Assembly (NCBI GenBank): GCA_050273025.1
Contig: CP158636.1
Coordinates: forward strand, 6,572,001 to 6,636,000
From: Cenococcum geophilum
Lineage: Eukaryota
Direction: 5' to 3'
Length of the DNA stretch: 64,000 nt
Under the pieces are notes generated by a model. The model worked only from the letters and a program-made list of their open reading frames with translations. It searched no databases and was not told where the DNA came from. Below are positions 1-11,406 of this stretch, piece by piece. How positions within the stretch are numbered: the first letter of the stretch is position 1; every line of letters starts with the position of its first letter. The position numbers and the translations under genes were made by a program.

Positions 1-572
1 CAAGTAATAATACCGCGTTCTCGATGCCGAATCAGGAAACCGCAGGAATGTTAGCAGATTTTGGAATGGACCCATCCGCCAATCAGCGGCACCTCTCAGG
101 CCGGTCGTGCCTGAATTAGAAAAGTTACAAACGCGAAATTATTTTATAAAAAACTTCGGTAAGTTAGCCGAGCCCGGCGCCATGCTCCTTACTAAGCCTC
201 TGACCTTTGCGCCAAGAAATGAGTCATTTTGGCTCATAATGAGAGTAGATGAGTATATTATGAGAACAACGAGACCTACAATGAGGCGAAGCAGATATCC
301 TATGAGAGAAAATATATCTTTTGCGAGAGGAATCAAATCAACCATAACAAGAATTAGGTGTATGATGAGAAGAATTGGAGGCGGTAGAACTCACTCTGAT
401 TAATTAGTCGCTAGCGATAGTAGTCGTCCTTTATTAGACAAGCTCGCTAGAATTGATAACATGCGGAACGTTGGTCCCCCAACGCAAATTTTGACCCGAG
501 TTTATAACCCAAAGCTTTAACTTAGAGCTTTATTATATAGACTTTAATTAATATATATAGAGATGAGGTTTT

Positions 573-591
573 CCAGGGGGAGACCCCCTGG
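573..591. other. GC-rich hairpin, candidate Helitron-like 3' subterminal signal
   Basis: CCAGGGGG-aga-CCCCCTGG is a perfect 8-bp stem close to the left edge of the RIPped block and downstream of the minus-strand RepHel ORF. A second inverted repeat, GCCTTGGTTAC/GTAACCAAGGC, lies at 646-689. The link to the Helitron is inference. Confidence 0.45.
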
Positions 592-1240
592 GACCCCCCT
601 ATATAGAGCTTTTGCTTAATTTAGAAGTAGTAGTAAGATTAAGGCGCCTTGGTTACCACTAGGTAAGGATCTACTGCAGTAACCAAGGCACCCTACTTGA
701 GCTAGGCTTAAAGATTATATTGGTCACGAATATAGCACATATTTAGACTGCAGAGCTTTAATACAGAGCCCTCTACGTAGGATATAATATAGTAGATTGT
801 GATTCTAATTTAAAGCTTTATATACTAAATATTTTTAATACCTAATAACTATTAACCATATTATTGCCCACTTAGTTCGGACGTATAATAACGTAATAGC
901 TTGGCGATAATGTAATAGCTCGGCGCCGAGTAATAGGAGGGGGGAGGAGGGGGAGGAGATTGGGGGTGGCTCGGCCACTGTAAGAAGGTTGTGATATTAG
1001 TATAGTATTAAACTTTAAAAATTGTGTCCTAGGAGCTTAATTAACGACCCCTATATAAAACGTTAACAACGTTTAATTATAGAGCTTTAAACCGGTAGAT
1101 CTTTTAGGAATACCTATTATAAGTAGCTCCAAGTATAAAATTTAGAATATTTAGTAGTGGTGTAAGTATGGGACGGGGGTATATATTTGCGTTCCTAAAT
1201 ATTATTATATAACGCAATTTTTAGGTAATAAAAACCGCCG

Positions 1241-1962
1241 TTAACGTTGCTTAACTAATACCTACTAGAGGTTCCTCTGTCTTTCCTATCTCCTCTCTTA
1301 CCTGTCTCCTTATTAGATACTATCTATATCACTATATCAACTAATAGATCCCTTAGTGGGGACTAGGGAGGGGTATTAGAGCACCTCTTGTAAGGAAGAA
1401 AAAAGAAGAAGAGAGGAAGGTATAAAGAAGGGAGTATTTATAGACGGGAGGAAGCCTATAAACGGGAGATTAGGTAGCTATAATATAGACATTAATATTG
1501 CTCGGCTAATACCTACTAGACGCCCCTCCGTCCTTCCTATCTCCTCTCTTACCTATCTCCTTATTAGATGCTATCTATATTACCACGTTAACTAATAAAT
1601 CCCTTAGTAAGGACTGGGGAGGGGTATTAGAGCACCTCTTATAAGGAAAAAGAAAGAAGAAGAGAGGAAGGTATAGAGGAGGGAGTATTTATAGACGGGA
1701 GGAGGCCTGCGAATAGGAGATTAGGCAGCTATAATATAGACATTAATATTGCTCAGCTAACACCTACTAGACGCCCCTCTGTTCTTCTTATCTCCTCTCT
1801 TACCTATCTCCTTGTTAGATGCTATCTATATCACTACGTCAACTAATAGATCCCTTAGTGGGGACTGGGGAGGAGTATTAGAGCACCTCTAGCTCTTATA
1901 AGGAAAAAGAAAAGAAAAGAGGAAGGTATAAAGAAGGGAGTATTTATAGACGGGAGGAGGCC
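1241..1962. repeat. Tandem repeat, 251-bp unit, about 2.9 copies (RIPped)
   Basis: CCTACTAGA recurs at 1261, 1512 and 1763 and the sequence between aligns, with mostly transition differences. Confidence 0.9.
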
Positions 1963-2099
1963 CTATAAGTATGTAATTTGGTAAGTACTAATAAGCACGA
2001 GATTCTTGTATAAGATAGGCTTAATTACTTACTAAAATATAGGGTGTCTCTGTTACTATAGTGGCTACTATAGTGGTAGAGACGCCTTAAATATTTAAT

Positions 2100-2475
2100 A
2101 TAACTGACTACTAAGGCTGTTAATAAGTAAAAGGTAGGCTACTAATGTGGTGCGAATAATATAGTTGTTAATATCGTTTATAGCCTATTTTTGCTTCTAG
2201 TATACGCGTAGATCGTCCTTATATTTAGCGTAGAGCTGGTTATAGGTAGTAAGCTGATTTAGGTCTAGCTTTGCTATCGCCGTAGGTAGTATATCCCTTA
2301 ATATAGGCCGACTTAGTAGTTCTAGCTTTAGAAAATCGTCTTTCTTCTTAGATAGGTCGATATACTACTATACCTCGTTAGTTTTAGCTGTGTCTTAGAT
2401 AATAAAGAACTATTAAATCCAATCGGATGGCTTGTTAAGAATAAGGTTGATTTTTAATTCAATAGAGGTTGTTAT
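2100..2475 (-). pseudogene. Isolated Ty1/Copia gag N-terminal fragment (RIPped)
   Basis: De-RIP reading M-TTSIE..KINLIL(D)KPSDWI(QW)FFII(Q)DTAKTNEV(WQ)YIDPSK resembles the fungal Copia Gag start (ILxxxxDWxxW...WxYIDP). No LTR or pol is recognisable nearby. Confidence 0.55.
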
Positions 2476-3084
2476 TTTTAGAATTTAATAGGTTAGGAAG
2501 GGTCCAGGTTAGGGTCTAGCTAGCGTTTTAGTAAAACCTTATTTAGACGTTCCAAACTTTTGATTTAATTTATTAGTTCGTTTATTAGTTGGATTTTGTT
2601 ACAGGGAGCGCGATTAATAACCCCTACTAATAGCTCTAACTACGTCTAATTTTTAATTTGTAAATTAACAGATCTATAGGTAATAGTTATTTTAAGTAGC
2701 TCTAGGTGCGGTATATATAAAATCTTAACTATAGTATAGAGAAGTCGTGGCTGCTAATATGCGGTCCTAAGTGGCATATATTCTCGGAGGTCACGTAACT
2801 CCTTATATAAGCAACATTTCCGCCCTTTAAAAAAAAATTAAAAAATTCTAAAAATCAATTAACGCTATAGACAGTAGTAATATTGATCCAGTAATACTGC
2901 CAATTCTCCCTATATACTATTATATGTATATCTAACAGCTCTAGAAGCAGTAAGAAGGTAAGACGGATAGGGGGGTTAAAATTTAGAAAATTAGATTTCG
3001 TGGTTAAGCTGTTTAAAAATTAGGAAACCAAGACAAATGCTATATTCTTCGCTTACCTCCGAGCTAGTATATAATTTCCTATTT

Positions 3085-6000
3085 AGAAAAAGTCGTTTAT
3101 AAGTAGTTGCTGCTGCCTCCGTATAAAATCTTCTTATTATACCTCTTTAGTCTTACTTATAGATAACTAAAATTGTTCTATATCGAACCTACGTTTAAAC
3201 ATAAGCCCTAAAAGCTTCTTAACTCGTGAGATTGCTATATAGGTTAGCCCGGCTATCTTATCCTTTTCCTTAATATCTAGAACTACCTGGTTAAGTATTA
3301 GGCCCTAGCTTTTATATATAGTAAGAGCAAAAGCTAGAGTAATTAGAAATTAATGCCGTAAGTAAGAGCCTCTTATACCCTCCTACTTATAAAGTATGGA
3401 AAATATAGGGACGACTTTCTTACCATCCTGCCGAGTGAATAGGGCAGGTCCGTTGTACCTATCTACTATAATTAGTAGTAACTAAGGCTAATCCTTTTTA
3501 ATATCCGCGTGTCCCTTCTATACAACATCTTTAACTATACCAGTAGTACCGTTTACTAAGCCTAGTTCAACCCAGATATTCTATATTAGCATTACTTTCG
3601 CGCCAATATATAGGGCTAGATTCTCTATAGTATCACACTAATTAGGAGTAACTTTCCGCGCACCTACACTAGTGTTAACTAACTTAATAGCCACTACTGG
3701 CTATAAAAGGTCGCGAAGCCGAATAGTGTTATACTTACCTATAGCAGCGCGTATGCTATATAGCCGAATTATATTATTAAAGCCTGTAACCTTATTAATA
3801 GATAGGTCCTGCTTACACCTAGTTAAAAGAAGCTTTTAGGTTAAATTACTTATAGAATCACTATATAGCTCTATAAGGGCGGTCCTAAATATAAAGCTTT
3901 TAGCGTTATTACTGCCCTACTATATAACTTGATCTAGGACAGCTATTTAGTTAATCGCCTTATAGGCTCCCTTTTTATAGCTAGCGAGCTCTAACGGCCT
4001 AGCGGGTAAATTGCTATATAAGGCCGCCTAACCTATAGGGGGAAGCTAATGGAAATCGCCTACTAGCAAGATGTTTAAGCCTTTAAAGTAGTCGTCGTTA
4101 TACGTAGGGTAGATCTAACAGAGGCGGTAATTAATCTAGGCTAGATATACTTGCCTAATTATAGATTTCTCGTTAAGGATAAGATAGTAAATATCCTTAA
4201 AAGCTTATTATAGAGGCATAAGACTAGTAGTAGGCAATTTGTCGAATAGACGGTTTACTAGCAATCTTAATAGATTGTATATAGTTCTGCCGTTAATATT
4301 AAAGGCAGCTACCCTAGTAGGGGCCGCTTAAGCTAATGGCAACGGCTTACTATTAGCCCTTGCTATATTATAGAGTGTGGTAGAGAGGACAGTAATAAGA
4401 TATAATTTGCCGGTTCCTACCTCTCTATTAATATTGATCCGTAGTAGGGGGGGGCTAAGGCCCACTTAGATCTGCCTGTAGTAATTAACTATAATATTAT
4501 AGATATAACGCTGACCTAGTTATAAGGAGGACGGAGTTACTGTTTAGGATAGGCGGCTCTACGGTAGAGGCTATAGCCGTACTTCCTGCTAATAAGTCCT
4601 CTTATTAAGCTGCGGGTATGTACCCTAATACGTACTCTAGTTGTAGTTATAATTAAGCTCCCTATTACTAAGCCTATTAGGATCCTTAATTTTAACTCTA
4701 TTAGTATTTTAAACGCGGGCATATAGGGCCTTAAAGGATTAGTATAGCTCTAAGTCGTCTACGAAATCGTCCTTAAACTTATTAATATTATTAGTAGTTT
4801 CGCGACCTTCCTCTAGTTTCCGATTGCAGAAGTAGTTAAGTAGGTACTAATAAGAGTTAACGTAAGCCTGATAGGAAGCCATATAATTAGGGGCCCCGAA
4901 TCTATTAGTATAAGTAGCTACTTCCTTATATTCCCTCTATAGGTGATAAAGAATAAGCTTTATACGGCAGAACTTAGGATACTGCGGATAGGAATAATTA
5001 CCGTTATATTACGGAAAGTACGATATAACTTAAGGCCTTGCTCTTAGCCGACGCTTATAAGTAGAGTAATTAAAATAGAGTAGAAAATTAAGGAAAGTAA
5101 CGTCCTCTACCCTATCTAGGCGGCGCTTATATTTCTTATAGTTAGACAGTCCGTACCCTCTTAGTTGCCTATTATTAAGCTTATACATAGCACTTTAATC
5201 GTCCTCCTAGCGGTAGTTTAAAGTTACTATATTCCTAGAGCCTTCGTAAAGGGAAATGTTAAGAAGTAGATGGTATACCTTCTGTGCTAACTAATCGCGT
5301 TTAGTAATAAGCTTATTTATAAACCTAGCCACGACCGAACTGAAGGTATAAAGGCTATTGGCGTGCGGCTGTACTAATTAGAGTAACTCCTAGTAGGAAG
5401 TTGACTTCTTCTCTTCCTTACTGCAATATTTGCCTATATAGTTAACTATTACTAATATACTTATAGCGGGTGACGTATTAATATTTGCCATTTACGCTAA
5501 TATTATAGCTGCATTATAACTATTAAGAAGCTTATTATTACGCTATAGACAGAACATCTAGTAATATGGATTTTGATCCTTTAATATAGCGGCCTTATTA
5601 TAGAGAGAGCGTGGAAAATAGAAGCGGCACTCCTTTGCTCTAGTAGAGCCTTTCTTTAATCTTAAGTAGTAAGATTTGGTGTAATTACGGTGCCGTTAAA
5701 ATTAATTAAGGTAGGCAGTAAGAAGCTTACTAGTATTAAGCTGTTCTTTATAGCTGAGAGTAGAAGGATATTAGAGATTAGGAGGCCTAAATTAATTAGG
5801 ATTAACTATAGATATAAAAGTAGTCTAGTACTTAGTAAAAGCCGCCCTTGACTTACTAGCTAACAGATCTGGCCTTAGGGCTGTTAAACTCCATAAGAAG
5901 CTATATATATAGCCACTACCTTATACCTACCACTTATATTAGGACTAAAAGTTTATGCTATTAAATAGGCCTATAAGCACGTGCTTCCTAAATAGATTAA

Positions 6001-7850
6001 AGCGGCGATATAGCCAGTAAGCAGCAATATGTGGATTATTGTTGAGATTTTAAGAAGCAATTTAGTAGCGCTAAGCCTTATTAGTAGCCTTATATTCGTT
6101 AAATAGAGGTATATAAGAGTGTAGATTATGCTAATGTAAATTAGTAGCACTAAGTATAAAGAATAGAGACCCGCTCTTAATATTCTTAGTATAAGCCGTA
6201 AGCTTATTTCTTTTCTGCCTTTAGTAAGGTCTAGTGCCCTTAAGGTTTTATATATGCTATATAATCTTATTTAGTAACTAGCTACCCCTATTGCTATTTA
6301 TAAAATTACTAAGCTTATTTAAAGATAGACTATTTTTATTTAATCGGCCGTAAAGGAAGTAGGTGGCGCTAAGGGCTTGCTCTTTTATAATCCGATTAAA
6401 CATATAGTAGCGAAATAAGGGGTGGCGGCTAAACTGACCGTCCTAATACTTAAGTATATGCTTGGCGTACGCAGCTAGGGTAACCGTACGGCTTCGTGGT
6501 ATATTAAAATCGGCTTTGTTATAAGGAAACAGAGTAGGAAAGGCGCCGCGTATAATGAAACTAGCTAATCGCTTAGAGAGAGGTGTTTATCGCACAGTAG
6601 GAACCTCTAGGCCCGCTTATAGGTCTTATTGGTATTAAACCTCGCGACCTAAAAGCTCTAATTTATTAAGGTTAGGTACTAGATTAGGAACTAAAGTATC
6701 TAGTATATTATTATTAAATTCGCCGTCTAGTATATTACTGCTAAGCTTAGTAGGTAGAGGATTAACAGCATAAGGATGTTATATAGGAGCAGTAGGGTAA
6801 GCTGTTAGGCCACTAGAATTAGACTCTAATTTATTAATATAAGGTAGCTGATCTAATATAGAGCTATTTTCGGGTAAGCTTATAAGCTAGGTGCTATATA
6901 TTTTAACGTCGCGATAATTAGGATAATTGACCTTTAGAAAGTAAAGCCACTATGCTATAGTAGAGCGCCTTATAGTATACCGCTTAGTAAACCGCCAACT
7001 TAGGTATTTGCTACCCTCTACTGCCGTAGGCCTTACGACCAGTATATTAAGTTTAGTAGGTAGCCGTAGTAGCTGCCTTTAAGTCTTTAGTATGTTCTAG
7101 CTAAAGTAGCAGACGTGGCTAGTATAGCGATATTACTAGCCGCGTATATGCACGACTTGTAGATAAACGTATACGCGCGCAATTAGAAGCTCCTCTACTG
7201 CGGTAAGTATAGGTAGGAAGCCAGAAACAGGCCCCGGATTAAGCCCGTTACTTTTACCAAATAGGGGTAAAAGGGTTAGATTTTTAAGGCTATTGGCGTC
7301 CTTAATACAGGCTTTATATATACCTATATTATTACCCTCTATAGCTAGGCCTATTTAGAACCACCGCTCCTTATAATAACTGCACGTCTCTATACATTTA
7401 GCCTGTAGTATACTCCTAAACTTCTTAATTCGCTTCTAATTAATAGCTAAAACGGGTAGTGGTGTAGCCGTAGTCGGAGCTTGCCGCGAGAAAGGTGGTA
7501 TTAGCGGTAGGGTAGGTATTGGCGGAAGGGTAGGTATTGGCGGAAGGGTAGGTATTGGCGGTAGAGTAGGTATAGGAGCTAGTTCCAGCAAGGACGTATT
7601 TGGGCTATCTAGAGTGCCTCTGCTATATAGAGCTTTATCTATAGTATATAGCGGAGGGGTAGGCGAGTGAGCTTTACCCCGCCGATTAAGAATGCGGTGC
7701 TCCCGTTGTATTGCCCTAATTGTCTTTCGCCGTTAAGCTATCTTAGGGGTATCTTAGCTATTCTGGCCGCGAGGCAGGAAGGCATTCTTAGTATCGTTTT
7801 TAGGTAGAGTAGTTTGCTGGCGCCTTGTAGGATAAGTCTTAGTAGTAGAA
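3085..7850 (-). mobile_element. Helitron-like element Rep-helicase ORF (HUH Rep + PIF1), RIP-inactivated
   Basis: Minus-strand de-RIP motifs in order: CxxCKERWF (~7370); LTAVEELLIARV (DUF6570-like, ~7190); YEWQxRGSGHxHxFLW (HUH, ~5910); GxAGTGKS (~4410); YLILDEKS (~4170); LVGDFHQLPP (~4050); QFPITLAFALTIHKSQGLTL and YxAISRV (~3230-3350). An 18-bp PIPTLP-encoding repeat lies at ~7505-7575. Confidence 0.92.
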
Positions 7851-8658
7851 CCTAACTCTATAAGAGCTCTCCGCTTATTTAAATTATATTTAGAGATCTA
7901 GAAAAGTAAGCAGAGGTAGAAGTAATATATAGGGAAGACGCGCCTTTAACCGATATAACTGGCATAGCTTTAAAAGCTTCTTTAAAGGGCCGTCTTTGAC
8001 AAAGCTAAGGCGGGGCTTATAAATATGGCACTTGCTACACTAAATTATAGTAGGATCTGCTATATTTATAATGTATATAGTAGTATTAATAGAGGTGTCA
8101 ACAAAAAGGAAGGCGCAATACTAGGATATTTTGATGTTCATAATATTTTGATATTTGTTACGTGGATTCTGCCATAACTTACCGCGCGCGCTTTTTCATC
8201 TAACCAATCAGAAGCCGGCTTGGCGAGAGTTTGAATTCCAGGACCCGAATATAATAGACCACTCGTACCTCGGGTCAATAAGGACTACCTCGCTACCGTG
8301 ACAACAATAGCCTCTTAATTCGTAGGCTAATCGTATGTGTATCTTATTGTTATGTGAACTAATGCCAGCCTCCAGACTCTCTGGACCCGGTCCGACGGGG
8401 CCTTTACTAATAATATAACTAAGGATCTACGCCCCTATCAATTACGTGCTTCGGCGTAATGGCGCAAGCCCCTACGTGACCCATGCTAAACCCGGCATGG
8501 AATCGGTCTTACATCTCCGCTTTTACGGAGTCATCTCTCTCGACTCGTCTTTCTTCAACTCATCGTTTGGGGTTTCTCTACCACTCTTCCCTTCCCTCAC
8601 CAACTTTCTACGCAAGGCTCCGTCTCGTCAGGCCTCTCAGTGAGAGGCCCTTCTTCCC

Positions 8659-9584
8659 GTGAATCCATTTTGGCCCGAAGACGAACAATCATCATGGTTG
8701 CCCGACTTTTCGACCAGCAGTGATGGGTTTTGTCCCACGCAACAGTCTGATCATCTCGATCCGCCGCAATTTGGAAACTCTACTGGATCTTTTTCTCCTA
8801 TAACCCCGGAATTCGTCTATCCTTTCACGCAACCGTCATCTTTCCATTCTTATTCCATCTTAGACTTAGATGTACCGATTTTTCCTCCTTCGACTTCTGC
8901 CCCATCGTTGGTGGATGTTAGCGCCGCGGAAATTGTTCATGGCTCCAATACATCTGTATCATTTCTCGATCCGCTTTCAAGCACCTGTTTGTTAGATGTG
9001 CCATGTTATCCTTCCACTTCTGCAGCATTTCCTGTCGGTACGTTCTTGCAAAGCGTACATTAAGTGACTGTCACAAGGCTTACGGTCTTCCAGGCTCGGA
9101 TCTGATTTCTACTCTTGATTACACTTTCAATACTCTACCTTCTAACACGGCTACATCATCGCCCCCTCCCTCATCTCCCAACCTCAAGGCCTCCTCAAAT
9201 ATAACGGTTACTGGGGCCTCATCATCCGCATCAATCTTGTCAAAGTCACCTCGATGCAATTCGTCTCAATTAACTGCTTCACCATCGGTCTCCACTGCCT
9301 CTTCCTTTATATCTAACAAGCGCAAACACCTCACCACAACTGCCAATGATCCCTCGCCCTCACACAACGATGATGTGGATGCTAACGCGGAGCGCGCGGA
9401 AAAGCGGCAGCGCAACAACGCTGCGGCACGCAAATACCGACAGAAGTTCGTCGAAAAGATTGCGGAGTTGGAGAAGGCGCTGGCGGAGGTTTCAGCGGAG
9501 CGCGACCAGTTGAAACTGAAGCTGGTGCGGAGCGATGCGGAGGTTGGGGTGCTGAGAGGGTTTGTGGAGAAATCGCGGAAGTAA
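8659..9584 (+). CDS. bZIP transcription factor, JlbA/IDI-4-like (Gcn4-related); exons 8659-9037 and 9094-9584; start codon uncertain (GTG)
   Basis: C-terminal basic region and zipper KRQRNNAAARKYRQK..KIAELEKALAEVSAERDQLKLKL. A 56-nt GTACGT...GCTTAC...CAG intron (9038-9093) joins the two track ORFs in frame (289 aa from GTG 8659). Sequence is not RIPped. Confidence 0.85.
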
Positions 9585-10961
9585 TAATCGGCTTTCCAAG
9601 TAAGTGGGCTAACATGCTTTGGGCTTTGGCCCAGTGGGTAGAATTTGTTGGTTATGTCAGCGAGAGTCATCTTCTATGAGTTGCTAAAGCCAAAGAAAAA
9701 TGGGAAATAGAATTTCGGACGATGTTGATTTCAATTCTATATTTCATGTCAAGACGTTCCAAGGTGTTAGGTCTCCTCTTCTTTATTTTCTTACCCTTTG
9801 CTATTGGCTGGATCTTTTATTACTGAGAGATAGCCCTACGTAGTTAATTGATACTATGTCTTATATCTATCGCGACTATTGCGTGATGGATAGGAACGCT
9901 ATGATTGGTCCGGGTTTTATCGGCCTGGAAGTGCCTCGAAGTGGGTGTGCTTGCTCAGGTTGCCGTGGTCGTTGCGGCATGGGAAGAGGATTACCATATC
10001 ACTCTTATTGGTTATCTTGTTTACCTCTCTGGCGAATTTATGCTAGGTGTTTGGCTCATACACTAGAATGCCAGAACTTACTATCGTTGGGAGAGAACTT
10101 TAGCTGTTCTATTCGGGCTTACTTAAGTTATCTCACTCGTGGCTAATATAATAGTAATCACAATTACAGTTACCTCTACCAGCTAGTTCAAGTAGATAGG
10201 GCTAGCTATTACATGCACTCTTCAGGATATCGTCTGCACGAATGCAAGACCTGCCGAAACCTTTTCAACTTGCTGACTTATGGCATTGTCAGCTTGCCCG
10301 CCTTTTTTGGGTCTTTTCCACCATCATTTAGTCTAAGTGGCTGCCATACGTAGTGACTATCGTCTTGATCACACCCGATGTTTTCTATTTTGTCAGGTAG
10401 GTAGACTCCGTTGACACAGGGCTTGTCAGCCCTTCCTTATCTGGAATAAGAAGCAAAATATATTCAACATACACGAACCGGTACTCGTATTCCTCCTCGC
10501 GTCCGGGCCGATCCTCTCTACAAGACTTTCATACTGGCGGCTCCGTCAATGTCAGAGCTCGGGACGAGTCAACCCAGAGTGAAGCTACACGGGTTTACCA
10601 TCACTATTCATTGTGACAAACGCAATCGCGGCGCTGTACAAGATATGAGAAGCAAAATTAATCCTTACTTCATACTACGGACTACAGCCAAAATTGACAG
10701 CCGCCTTCATCGGGGAAGATTTCTTATATTAAACAAGGCTGAACAAGGCTAAACGAGGTTGAACGATAATTGGTTATCGGATGTAGCTTTTTTATTGTCC
10801 CTACCAATGGTTTCAACTTCGATAAGGAGAGAAGAGAGAACAGTCTGTATACCAAATTTGGGCTCCGTAGAATTAGCTCCCTTCTACTCCCAATGACAAA
10901 GCTACAGCTGTTATCTAGCTAGACCAGTTCATATCCTTGCATCAACAGAGAACCCTATCCT

Positions 10962-11406
10962 TCAATTTTTCGGAGTATGGTCCACGACCTCAACATTATT
11001 CCTACAAACCTTATCAATACACCCCCTCAAAAATTAGCACGGCAGCAATCAATACTCACCCTACCGGATCCAATACAAACGCCCCATAATAGTTTGGATG
11101 ATACTGCGCCCTCAATCCCGGCTTCCCATTGCATGTCCCACCCGCCTTGATCGCCTCTTCATAGAATTTATCCACCGTCTCATGATCCTTCGCTCTGAAC
11201 GCCAAATGCATACCAACACCCTTCTCTTCCTCCCTCGCTGCGATCCAGAAGGGCGCTTCGCCCTCGCTGGGCCCGAAACCGACGGCTTGGCCGGGAAATT
11301 CCATTTGTTTGGCGTAGCCGAGAGGGGCGAGGGCGGTGATATACCAGGATACAAGCGATTCAAATTTTGAGGGGGAGACCGCGAAGCCGACGTGGTCGAT
11401 TGTCAT
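10962..11406 (-). CDS. Glyoxalase/bleomycin-resistance/dioxygenase (VOC) family protein, 128 aa; exons 11406-11060 and 11001-10962
   Basis: MTIDHVGFAV...HLAFRA...AIKAGGTCNGKPGLR..YHPNYYGAFVLDPVG, then a 58-nt GTGAGT...TAG intron (11059-11002), then NNVEVVDHTPKN*. This completes the typical DPxGNNxEvV ending. Confidence 0.95.

Noticed and set aside
1..420. Track ORFs 107-403 (+) and 139-345 (-); possible gene end
   Set aside because: No recognisable motif; another frame looks coding-like but has stops; cannot be supported from this window.
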